From Hemiscyllium ocellatum (taxonomy: Eukaryota), in assembly GCF_020745735.1 (NCBI RefSeq), contig NC_083419.1, positions 41,810,085 through 41,874,084 on the forward strand: DNA of 64,000 bases, read 5' to 3'. Position numbers and translations under genes: made by a program. The notes beneath the pieces are model-generated. The model ran no database searches. It was given only the letters and a program-made list of their open reading frames with translations, and was not told where the DNA came from. Positions 1 to 12,439 of this stretch are shown here, piece by piece. Positions within the stretch are counted from its first letter, which is position 1; every line of letters starts with the position of its first letter.

Positions 1-794
1 AAATGCTGATTGTAACCTTTCCAAAGATTAAAGATTAACTGCACTTCCTGTAAATCTTTATTTCTCTTAACTTTTAGAAAATGATTTGGGGTATTATTAT
101 TTTGTCAACATCTCTGCTTACATCAAGTTTGTAACATGCCACTGTTACTGCACTAGATTGTGTACAATTGTATCGGAAAAGATGGTGTAAATTCGTGAAG
201 ACATTTTCCCAGCTGGTAACCAGCTCAGAGGTTTCCCAGTCACAGTGCATCAGAATCTCTCTACAGTCCATACATTGAATGTCATGGGACCTACAAGTCT
301 GATGACCTGCTTTAGTGATGGCACAATCTAGCCTTTGGGCCTTTCCACAAGTTCATGATACTTACAAGATGAGGTAGGCCACTCAGACCAGCTTTATTCA
401 ACCATTCAAGTTTCATTTTTAAAAATTAAAACAAATTGTTTACTGATGCAATTAATGACTTACTTTAAAGAGATCGAGGATACTTTTATAACGCAGGAGT
501 GAAGCATCTTAAATAAAATGGTTACAAACTCTTGGACTATACAATATGCTTAGCAGCCTAACAGTTTCTCAATTATTACTTAATTCTAGTCAAATAGATT
601 CTCACTTTCATCCTTCAAATACAGCACTTTCCTTGGGTACTACTGCAGTTTGTTTGTTCAATATTGCCATTTCCTCCCTTTTTTCTCTTTATTATCTTTC
701 CTGCATACTTGTAATGAAGGTCTTCAAGTTCCCGATCCTATTCTTCTTTAAGGCAGCTCTTTCTTTGTTAATAATCTGTTTTTCTAATCAAGCT

Positions 795-870
795 GTTCGG
801 GAGCAGATGGAACTTGAATCCGGGCATGTCCAGAGGTAGGGACACTACCACTGTGACACAAGAGGGCCCT
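795..870 (-). mobile_element. tRNA-like SINE head remnant
   Basis: Minus strand GGGCCCTCTTGTGTCACAGTGGTAGTGTCCCTACCTCT...GGATTCAAGTTCC has A- and B-box-like segments. Similar pieces lie near 42280-42330 and 61180-61255. Confidence 0.55.
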
Positions 871-3800
871 AAGTCAAAACATCCAAGATGGGACATGAAC
901 TCACAAACCCTGGCTGAGGAAGCCAGTGTCTTATGATAGGTCATTAAACCTGCAGCTCACACTGTCATTTACCAGACAATATATACTTATGCATGCTTCC
1001 TATCTGATTTCTATAATTCCCAATCTATTCTATATTCCAGTGCTATTTGAGCAAGCTAATATTTCAAGTCTAGATGATTCTTCATCAGAGCTCTGAAGGG
1101 TCATCTAGACTCGAAATATTAGCTTGCTCTCGCGCAATGGATGCCTGACCTACTATGATTTCCAGCATTTTTTGTTCACAACACAGAATCCAGCATCTGC
1201 AATAATTTACTCTTCCAGCACTATTGTTATTCACCTTGTTTCTTCTCTCAAAATGTGGTGCCCACCCCCTCAAAAAGTAGTTTAAACTCTCCACACAGCA
1301 CAAGTTAACCTTCCCATAAAGGATAGGAATATCATCTCAGTTACAGTGCAAATCATCCAAAACCTGCCAAAGAATTGGCAGCAATGTATAAAATTATCAG
1401 GAAATTTTTACCCATTGTCTAAAATTCAGGAATGAAGAACACAATTTCCCTATCTCTGTTTTTTTGTATTAACAAAATAGTCTAAAAGAGATTACAACTT
1501 TTAAGAAAATTCTGTGTTGTATCTGCTCATCACCTCACAACCATATTTACGCAAAAGAAAATAAGTCTTATTCAATGGTGTCTATACATAAATTAAAACG
1601 GGTCCTGCTTCATCCTTATAGCCCTGCTCTGTACTAGTTTCAACACACAGTATCGGGTATTTAGAAAATAAAAATTAACAAAATTTTCCAAAATGAACTA
1701 TGTACATTAGTCTGTTTTGACATAGTCGGGTAATTTATAGATTAACTTTCACTGGGTTGGATGCAGTTTTTCACCCTGTTTATTGAGGACAATGTCAAAC
1801 TGAATCCATCCTTAAAATGAAACAAGTTTTTATTATTTGTATTTAAAACCTGTATCACCCAGATATCATAAACCTGAGTTTTAAAAAGCTATTCAGACCA
1901 GGAGATGCTTTTCAGTTGTTCAGGGTGTAAGTTTACACTCTATCCACTGCCATCTGTTTGTTCCCCATTTATCTGACTCTACAGTAATCAGTGGAAAGGT
2001 CAAGCTCAAACTGTGACAATGCACAGCGGGGTATCAAACACACAGCTCTCATGGGCACTCTTGTTGAATGGCTGAACAATGCTGAAAAAAAATAATCTTT
2101 TAATTTGTTATTCATAAATGACATTCTGGATAATATTCACTGTGATGCTGTGCAGTTGAGTCCTGCACAATTTTTAAATAGACCATATGGGAAAGAAAAT
2201 AAATTGCTAATGCAGGTTTCATTTTCACATGAAAATAATGAAAACAAATTTTAAATCCCTCCAGGATTGTGATCCAGATAAAAACAAAAATTGCTGGACC
2301 ATCATTCACCTCACATCTATAACGAGAACATGCAGGTTATGACAATTATCTCTTTTCTAAAATGTGCTGATGAATCTTCTGCATTTTTGTTGTTTACTTT
2401 TCCCTTTGTATTTCAGGTCTACAATATTTGCGATTCTGTCTCTTTGTTAATTTCTGGCAACAGGTCAGCTCACTTCAGCTTCTCCATTTATCATTTAGGC
2501 TTCTTCCATAACATTGCTGCCTGGTCTTTAACAGATTGGCTGATGTCCATATACCATTAGAATTGGGCACAACATTTTTTAAAATGCACTTACCTTTATA
2601 AAGCACTCTTAAAGAACAGAAATGCATGATTTCTGAAATGCGGTTCTTATTGCAATGTAGCAAATTATTCACAGCAGAATCCCAGAGGCCACTAAGTAAG
2701 CATGCTTTCTGAGCAACATTAATTGAGGGAGAACTACTCTTCAGGCTTGTCCAAGCATCAGCCTGCAGGGACCTATGTGATCAAAAAGCTATTGTACAAA
2801 ATATAAGCATGTGCAACTGTGGAATCTTCCATGAAGCTGCTCCTCCAATCAGAGGTCACTTCTCTCCCACATTTACTGCTTTTTAGTTCACTATCTGAAT
2901 CACCTTTGATTAAGGGATCAGGGTACTGTAATTGGTTTAAGGCTGTGGGTAGGGTAGGAGTCTGCGGGAAGGGCACTGGGAGGTTTTCAGTGAAACTCTG
3001 TCTTGAGAACGAGGGAACTGGAACGAAAAACATAATTTCCCTTTCTCTGTTCTTTGTATTAACAAAACCGTATGACAGAGATTAAATCTTGTAAGAAAAT
3101 TCTATGTGTTGTACCTGCTCAGGTTGGGAAGGGAAAGACAGGGACAGCTGGGGCCATCAGGATGGGAAGCAGAGTATGAGTAGGCCATTAGGGCGGTGAC
3201 GGTGCCAGACATAGAGTCTGAGAGATGTACAGCATGGAAACAGACCCTTCAGTCCAACTCATCCATGCCGATCACATATCCAAAAGTAATCTAGTCCCAT
3301 GTTGGGTTGGGGAGTGGGGGGAAGACTGGAACCATCAGAAAACTTTTCTCTTCCAAAAATCTTTGTCGTTCTCAAGCACTGTGAATAATGAAGAGCTTTT
3401 TGTTACATTGGTTAACCTTGCATTAGCTATTCAATCACAATGCTCCAGCCGGCTAAATCAGGGGATTGCTTGGATAAGGTTCCTTTCCAACCACAGGTAC
3501 TGCTCATTGGCAATATTTATCACAGACCTCTCAAGTCAAGGGTTATAACTTGTACATATGCATGCATATGGAGATAAGACTGTGTGGGACAAGGTTGGCG
3601 AGTAGAGGGGTGAATGAGTGAGTTATTAACAGAAGCTTGAGTGAGTGAGCGACTGAAGAAGGGGTAGTTTTGAGAATCAGTGGTCAGAGAGGTTGTTGGG
3701 CTGGTGGGTGATTTCGAATGAGGGTGGGGGAGAGTAGTTGGGTGAATAAATGACTGGGGAGAGGAAGTGCCGAGAAGGGACAGGTGAAGAGGTGGGTTGG

Positions 3801-6800
3801 ATTGGATTGGACTGGACATACCAACTCACTATTCCTCCATACCCCACTCACATGCTAACCAGATCAAAGAATGCCTGTTCAAGGATGAATCAAAATAAGT
3901 GTTCATCCTGAGCTCAACCCTGGTCTCCACCTGTTTTTGCTGGTGATCAGGACCTGGAGTCTCATCATTTATTTTCTCTCCAACTCTGCCCTCTTAACCA
4001 AAAAAAGGGAAATAAAAGGGCTTCATTAGGTAACTCTGTTGCTTGGTAGTTTTAAGTGGTCATTGTTAATTACTCAATGTACAGTCAGACTCCTTTTCTT
4101 GTCATGAAAGCAACGTACTGCAGATGCTGGGAATCTGAAATTAAAATGGAAAATGCTGGACAGACTAGCAAATCTGGCATGATCATTAATTCTGTTTCTC
4201 TCTCCACAGACGTGTCAGACCTACTGAGTTTCTCCAGCAATTTCTGCCCCTATTTTTTTCTATCCTAACCCAATATCAAGACCTGGAATTGCTATCTTCA
4301 TAGACGGTTGACAGAAACCTACCCATGACTCATGGAGTATTCATTCTGTCAGGCGTCTTTGTATACATCTGCCACCAGATGTGATACTGCTGACCAAGCT
4401 CTCAACACACTGTCAACTTCAAGCACCTATGGCTGGCATGTATGTAAACTTGACTAAAAACAGCCTGTGTTTTTTTTGTTGAGGAAAAAATATAGCCCTC
4501 AAGCGTTTTTATATCCGTCTCATAAGGGAAAATTCTTCTCTGTACATTTATTACCTCAGCATCACTTTTGCTCCCCAGAGTTTTTCTGCCTCATTTAACA
4601 ACTCCAGCTCAGGCAGTTTTAAGCATTCTAAATGAACAGTTCCCTATTCAGAATGATGGCTGGAACTCCCCTCCCACCTCAGCAGTACTGTGAAATCTAG
4701 AATTCTTTTCACTAGCTCCCCAGAGGAGAACCAATAGGGTCAGCTGAAGCAGAGTGAGTAATCTTTTATCTACATTAATAGCGCTAATGACATGTTCGTC
4801 CATCAAACACAACCCGGAAGAAACTGCAACCTCAAAGCACAAGGAATATCGATTCAGAATGCTCTGACTGAGTTCATTCGCTCAAACACACTGATTATTT
4901 GTTTGGAATTATTTTAAAAAGGCAGTGTTGCTATGGAAACCTGCCTTGCAAGATACACCATCACTGAAATAAGGCTGAGGAGGGGCAGAAGGTGTTGCAA
5001 AGCCGTCATCTGATATTAAATGTTGTTCACACACCCCCCTCCCCCACCATTTTTTCCTTCCCCCTATAAGGACAGTGGTATTGTTAGGACAGTGTTCTAC
5101 TAGCTCAATCCTTTGCAAACTACTGAGTGTTGAGACATTTCAGCAATGGAAGGAAGAAAGCTGCCTGATCCCACACACACTGCAGTTACCACTGAGACTC
5201 ACTGGATAGTGGCCAAGAGTAGGATTGTCCTTCTCTCTAGTTCTGGGCTGACAAGAAACAAAATGCTCCATTGGAAATTAACCAAACAAGCAAAGTGTTC
5301 AGATTCCGTTGATAACTGTGTACAGATCACCCTCTTTGCCAAATGTATAGAGGAAAGGCTACAATAAGAGCCAGACACTACCCCATCAGAGAGTAAAACA
5401 AAGGATGCCTGATGCTTGAAATCTGAAACAAAAACTGAAATTGCTGGAGAAACTCAGCAGGTATGGCAGCTTCTGCGGTCAGAAAACAAAGTTGAAATTT
5501 TGAATTCAGTGACCCTTTCAGTAGTTTTGAATAATACTAATAATAACCATGAGTTTGCCATGTGATACAGGTACCAGTCTGTTCCTTATTAGAGCAGTGA
5601 AACCAAAAACAGGTTGTGCCCGACTGCTTGCAACACTAGCTGTTTTACTGTGAAACCTCACCCCAGGCATTCAAGCACAAGTTATATTCACGTATCACAA
5701 AATATGTGGGAATGCTTCCATTTTTAACTCAAGAATACTCCACAATGTGTTCTAAGTGCTTCCTGGCAGTGTGTCTATTTATATCAAGAACGGGGAAAAT
5801 TGTGGGAGTGCATCATGCTGAAAATTGTTCCCTATTTGCATTGAAACCATGCATGAGAATTAGAAATGTACCATATGCATTATACTGGAATATGTCTGAA
5901 CCACCATTTTCTAATGAGATTTGTATTGTGTTCAAAAATTGATTTACACCCATGGTCCGTCACTACACTTCATCTCAACAGTACTGCAAGGGGATCATGG
6001 ATGCTTTATGTGGCATTTCCCAAGGAAAGATGTTAATCTGAAAGCATGGATTATCATCAAAACTTTCTCATGTCCTCTTGTTAGTCAAAGGAGAGTACCA
6101 TTTCTAATGAATTAGAAACCGGCTTCCCCCAGATCTCTGTCTATCAGTCAGTTATCAGACATCTAAGGAAGATTTTAGTGAGATTAGAGAAAATCCCTGC
6201 TGAATAAAATGCAGTGTGTCTCCTGAATACAAAGAGAATAAATTGGAAGCTAAATATTTTGTGTTGGCTCCTTTGCATCAAACGAGCAATGAGAAGTCAA
6301 ATTAAAGAGTCTCATTCTTAAAAAAAAATTGTTTCACCAGAATTTAAAGTCCCCTGAAATTACTCTGGTACTAACAACTTCTGGCAGCTGTGGCTCCTCA
6401 GCCAAGTGTTCCCCTCATGTGTGAGTCCAGCTGCTACTCAGTGTTGGAGTCAAATCCAGGTCTATCTCAAAGGTACCCACACTTGTTCACCAACAACCAT
6501 TGGTCAACAACCAGGTGCAGGGGCGCTGAGAGAATTCTTTAACCTAAAAGCAAAATACTGCTGAATACTGGAAATCTGAAACCCACATGGAGAAACTCAG
6601 CAGCTCTGAGCAGCACCTGTGACTTTTCAGAAGAAGTCATACCTCTCTCTGCACAGATGCTGCTAGACGTGCTGAATTTCTCCAGTACTCCAGCCTCCTT
6701 CACCCTTTGGCATGGTTGATCACATATATTATTAACTAAAACCATTGATCGAGATCCTCCAAGTCTCATTCATTCCCACAGAACATGGAGGATATTCACA

Positions 6801-7657
6801 AATCCAGGCAATTGCCAAACGTGGACACATCAATGTGCTGTATCAATGGGTAGGATTTCCAATAGTCATGCCCTCACTGGAACAACACTATCACTGGCTG
6901 TTTCTCAACCTGAGGAACTCAAACAGGTTGTAAATTCATAGGGCAAGTCAGCTAAACAATTATAATCTTCCAAATAAAAAATAAAAGGGGTTCCTTCAAA
7001 TCATTAGCTTTAGTTCTTGAGCAGTGCCCTTCAAAAAAGTAGAATATTCTTAAAATACATTTTGTGTGTGTGTGGTGGGGGGATTAAAGGAGTACTGACT
7101 GCTGTCTTCGTTCTGCAGGGCAATGTTGCCGCATCTCATTAATCCCCAGCAAGCTGTCATGTTCAGTCCTATACCGATTACAATGCTTGACAATGATCAG
7201 CAGGTCAGACACACTACAAACCCTCCCCACACACACCTACACAAAATAAAACACACCGCTCACTCTTCTCAAAGTACTGCCTCTGACATTGTATGTTCAA
7301 CAGCAATAAGCATGATAGTGGAACCACCGCTAGTAAAACAATCACAGCTTGTTTCCAACCTCCACCACCAAATCGTTCCAGAAACTAGATAGCTTCCTGC
7401 CCACATTCCTAATTGCAAGAAGTGTTAGTCTTTCCTTCAGCCAGTTCCCGGCCATTCGCTTACAAATTGTTATTTTTTAAATCAAAATTAATGCATCCAT
7501 AGCGAAGAGATACCTCATTAAAATCGAAATCGCGGTGAAAATATTGCATTCTGTGCAGTGCACAAGGTTTAGATTGCAGGATACAACATACTTCAAGTCA
7601 TTTCTTAACATGTACAGTCAGGTTTTAGAAACTCTCAAAGCATATAAATATGTTTCA

Positions 7658-8771
7658 TTTACAGCAGCACACCCAATAACTTCGATATCAAAGAAAATCT
7701 CCAGCCATGCCCTATGATGCTGAAAGACTGTCACACATGTTTCTACATTGTCTTCATATCTCACCTCTACTGCACTACCGTCCCTGTGCCGATCTGTGCA
7801 CTGTAACAGGACTGTGCGGGAGACCCTCCTACAGTGCAGCTCTCTCCCAGCTCTTACACACTCTCTGTCAGTACTACACCCCCACCCCACCCCACAAACC
7901 CCAATGCAAACTGGGAGTCTGCAGTGACTTCATTTCTTCCCCTCCCTTTCAGCCTATCAGCCAATTGCAACATGTACCGAATTAAATTATGCTTCCCTCC
8001 CCATAGTCGTATTAGATACTAGACAGTCATTTATTATGCAGGAAGATAACCTGGGCCATTTGCTTGGGTCTCACCAGCAATTATTTAACTGCTGAAAGCA
8101 AAACATGAACACATTATCTTCTCCCTTGCTGTCCGGTAATGTGACCTGACACCTGCAGCTAGGCTATGGGAAAAACAGCTTTACTATCATTCTCTTGTGC
8201 AGTACTAGTCGTTTAGAAACACAGATTTATTATAGATTTAATTTTAAATGTTCCGGCCCTCTTGTTTTCCCAGGTGACTCATCCTTTTCCAGTTGCTACC
8301 TCATTTCACCCACATTCTTCTGTTTGGAAATTACAACCTGCTGCACAATACAGACAGGCTGTGTTTTTCCTCATTCTTCAGTAATGTTAGTCTCAGTCAT
8401 TTTATAACCGTTTAATAAATGCCCCCTTTGTATTATACCACAACATCACATTTGATACCTTAAAATTCATTTCTATTTCAACTTTTCCAATGTTTATTGT
8501 ATATCTTTCTATTATAACTAAGATCTTTAGGCCCATTTACTGTAATATTTATGAGTCAACCATGAGAGTGTGTAAGAGCTGGGAGGGAGCTGCACTGTAG
8601 GAGGGTCTCCCGCACAGTCCTGTTACAGTGCACAGATCGGCACAGGGACGGTAGTGCAGTAGAGGTGAGATATGAAGACAATGTAGAAACATGTGTGACA
8701 GTCTTTCAGCATCATAGGGCATGGCTGGAGATTTTCTTTGATATCGAAGTTATTGGGTGTGCTGCTATAAA
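7658..8771. repeat. 208-bp inverted repeat pair (7658-7865 / 8564-8771)
   Basis: The arms are reverse complements with 2 mismatches seen and a spacer of about 700 bp. Confidence 0.95.
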
Positions 8772-9547
8772 AACATTGACTTCACTTTAAAACAATTCAT
8801 TGAATCTGAAACAATTTTTGATGTAAGAGTATGTTATGCAAATAATGTTTTTTTACTGTCACAGTTCATGTAGTCCAAATTCAAATGTTTACTCTCTCCC
8901 AATGATAATACTAATATTCACAACTTTTGTCATCATATTACGTATTTTAACAGTGCCAACTAATATCACCCATTACTCAGAATGATTACTGTCATAAGTT
9001 CACATTGTCATGACTCACTGGTTAGCACATTGGAATTCCAGTCTCAGATTAAATGAAAGCATAGTTCGGTTTCTGTACTTAATAAAAATTGCTAGGTATT
9101 TATCACAAGTAGGTAGACTATATTAACAGGTAAACAATTACAAACAATAACTCTAACTATACCTGTACAGGTGAACATGAAAGATTCAATGGCACTTTGA
9201 GAAAACAAGAAGACATCAACTCCTGGTGTTCTGCCCATCACCACTAAAGGTTTTTTGACATTATTTTCATTAATGATTGTGTAGCATTTTATATGTACAA
9301 TGTGAGCACAGAGCTGGGTGTACCTTGCTACAGAAATTTGACAAGAGTGGGAACTTTATTCAGAATAAGTCAAATGACCATACAAAACCTAAATAATTAG
9401 AGTAAAAGACCTCTTGAGCAACTGACAGGATAATGAGACATGTTGCCTCCAATTTCTGTACTATTTGAGAAATCCAGAATGCCTCTCATTTCCTACGTTG
9501 TAAGCTGAGCATGAAATCTTGTAGTTATTTAAACACAAGCTCAGAGG

Positions 9548-10194
9548 GTGTAGGTTTGCTTGCTGAGCTGTAGGTTTGATATCCAGACGTTTCATTACCT
9601 GGCTAGGTAACATCATCCGTGGTGACCTCCAAGTGAAGTGAAGCTGTTGTCTCCTGCTTTCTATTTATATCTTTCTCCTGGATGCGGTTCCTGGGGTTTG
9701 TGGTGATGTCATTTCCTGTTCATTTTCTGAGGGGTTGGTAGATGGCATCTAGATCTATGTGTTTGTTTATGGTGTTGCAGTTGGAGTGTCAGGCCTCTAG
9801 GAATTCTCTGGCATGTCTTTGCTTAGCCTGTCCCAGGATAGATATGTTGTCCCAGTCGAAATGATGTTTTTTTTCATCCGTGTGTAGGGCGGGTCTTTTT
9901 GTGGCTAGCTGGTGTTCATGTACCCTGGTGGCTAACTTTCTTCCTGTTTGTCCTAAGTAGTGTTTGTGGCAGTCCTTGCATGGAATTTTGTAGCTGACAT
10001 TGATTTTGTCCATGGGTTGTACTGGGTCTTTTAAGTTTGTTAGTTTTTGTTTGAGAGTGTTGGTGGGTTTGTGTGCTACTGGGATTCCGGGGCTCTTAGT
10101 AGTCTGGCTGAACGTCTGGATATCAAACCTACAGCTCAGCGAGCAAACCTACACCCTAAACCTCAACCTGAGCTATAACCCTTCACAAACCTTG
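9548..10194 (-). mobile_element. Penelope-like retroelement 3' fragment (GIY-YIG endonuclease) with inverted terminal segment
   Basis: ORF 9789-10013 YKIPCKDCHKHYLGQTGRKLATRVHEH...HFDWDNISIL...REFLEA is a PLE-type GIY-YIG. 47-bp inverted arms at 9545-9591 / 10111-10157. Flanking direct repeat CACAAGCTCAGAGG at 9534-9547 / 10195-10208. Confidence 0.88.
9583..9622 (-). ncRNA. Minimal hammerhead ribozyme motif (core variant CGGAUGA)
   Basis: Minus strand reads CCA-CGGATGA-T-GTTACCT-AGCC-AGGTAAT-GAAAC-GTC-TGG. Stems I and II pair, with one substitution in the core. Confidence 0.65.
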
Positions 10195-11863
10195 CACAAG
10201 CTCAGAGGTTGAGTGGCTGGTGTGGTTGAGGCAGCGACATTCATCATATTTAAGAAAAGTGTTGGATATGCACTTGAAATGCCATAATTTATAATGTGAA
10301 AGAACAAGAAAGGGGAAGTGTGATTAGACTGGGTAACTGTTGTTGGCTGGCAGACAGGATGGTTCAAGCGACATACTTCTATGTTGTAAGTTTTCTCTGT
10401 TCCCATGTATACAAACGATCTCCTTTTTGAAGGCCTCCCATTGTTCATTTATTGTATTAGTTGGGAATCTTTAATTCTAATCCTCCTATTTTAGATCCTT
10501 TTAACTCAAATTAGTATCCTCTAGTTGAATGTTCACCCATTTTATTATCAGATTGTGGCATGTAGACAAGGAAGAGGAGAGGATTCAAGGTAGATCTCTG
10601 GAAGGGTGCAGTGCAGTTTCCAGAGATGGCAATGCATGAGATGGAAGCAAAGCTTAGAAGTGCACATATGCACTTAAAAAGGGGTAGGAATGGAATCATG
10701 CAAGCCCAGTACACAGTACAGCTGCATAATGGAGGAGAAGCATTAGTAGTGAATGGCATAGTCAGCCATACTGAGCATTGCAAAAGGATGGATAATGTTC
10801 AAAGGTCACCATTAAAGAGAAAGTCATTCCTCATATTGGTCAAGGCAGTTCATTATTGTGAGAAAACAAAAACTGGATTAAAGCTTACCAACATTATCAA
10901 TTCACGTTTTCTACATTCACACCTGCTAGTTTTCTCACATTTATGGCTCTTCATTTGACTAAGTCACAGTACCTTCCGGCATATTCTACCTTCACAAATT
11001 CACACTACCCACATTCGGATTTCTGAAGCAGTTGCTCTGAAAGCCTACTTTAATGTACCTACTTTCTGAATTGTTTAATAAACTTTCAATACAACAGTCA
11101 CATCAATGAAATTGATTTTAATCAAATTCTTGAACTTGGCAAATTTATGTTCACATGTGATCAATCCTATCAGTGCATTACCAAAGGGCAACAATATACC
11201 TATTACAGTTTCTAAACATGATAACATAGCTTGCTAGATGTGTCACCATGACAACACCACACCTCTCAGAATCCTCATATGACGGATTTGTAAAGTCAAC
11301 AATTTTAACACTAAATTATTCAAAGCCGTGTCACCTCAACAATATGGAGCGTGACTGACTCATATTTTAAAGACAAGATTCACTATGTTATTATCACACA
11401 GCTCAAGACTCATAAAGGGCATCTGCCACTTTTGTTTCTGTCATGGCCGCTTTCAATTACAGATATTTGAGCAATATTTTTATTTTATACTAAAAACTAA
11501 CAGAGTCTCACTCACTCTAGCAGATCAATACCTTTCAATATTATACTCTTTTAAGTCAATTTGGAACTTCCCTCTCATTTCACGGCACAATGAATCCACA
11601 GACTTTTAGTGGCTGAACTTCATGGTCACTTTTGGTGATATCAGTATCTTCATTAACTTCTAATTAAAATAGATTACTCAAAACAATCCTTCAATTAGTT
11701 CTGAATATTATAATATAACACTTATTATGTTTATGTCAACAAAGTACATTTGTGATTTTTTTTAATGTTCCAGCTAGGACATATTTCTTCAATAAAACTA
11801 TTTAGTCCTTTAACATTCCTCATCTTTTGTTCTCAATTCCTATAAATTCCAGCTGAAAATAAT

Positions 11864-12439
11864 GCACCCGATGTGGTCTCCTCTACACTGGGGAGACAGG
11901 CCTCCTACTTGAGGAACGTTTCAGAGAACACCTCTGGGACACCCGGACCAACCAACCCAACCACCCCGTGGCTGAACACTTTAACTCCCCCTCCCACTCC
12001 ACCAAGGACATGCAGGTCCTTGGCCTCCTCCATCGCCAGACCCTGGCCACACAACGCCTGGAGAAAGAGCGCCTCATCTTCCTAGGAACCTTCCAACCAC
12101 ATGGGATGAATGTAGATTTCTCCAGCTTCCTCATTTCCCCTCCCCCACCTTATCTCAGTTACAACCCCCAGATTCAGCACCACCCTCTTGACCTGCAATC
12201 TTCTTCCTGACCTCTCCGCCCCCACCCCCTCTCCGGCCTATCACCCTCACCCTCACCTCCTTCCACCTATCGTATTCCCAGCACCCCTCCCCCAAATCCC
12301 CTCCCCCCTACCTTTTATCTCAGCCCGTTTGGGACACCAGCCTCATTCCTGAAGAAGGGCTTATGCCCGAAACATCGATTCTCCTGCTCCTCGGATGCTG
12401 CCTGTCCTGCTGTGTTTTTCCAGCACCACATTTTTCAAT
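11864..12439 (+). mobile_element. Penelope-like retroelement 3' fragment (second family, GIY-YIG) with hammerhead motif
   Basis: Frameshifted CTRCGLLYTGET...ERFREHL...PVAEHFNSPSH...RLIF.LGTFQPHGMN. 13-bp TSD AGCTGAAAATAAT at 11851-11863 / 12440-12452. Confidence 0.88.
12345..12381 (+). ncRNA. Minimal type-I hammerhead ribozyme motif in the PLE 3' region
   Basis: CTGAAGA-A-GGGC-TTAT-GCCC-GAAAC-ATC: catalytic core boxes flanking a 4-bp stem II. Confidence 0.7.

Noticed and set aside
7618-8022. Overlapping ORFs across the left arm of the 208-bp inverted repeat
   Set aside because: No recognisable protein similarity or exon structure. Open frames on both strands fit a locally higher GC content.
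10611-10958. 115-aa ORF, faintly like a Myb/SANT (Harbinger-type) remnant
   Set aside because: It has a non-ATG start and the motif match is too weak to call by eye. A profile search would be needed.
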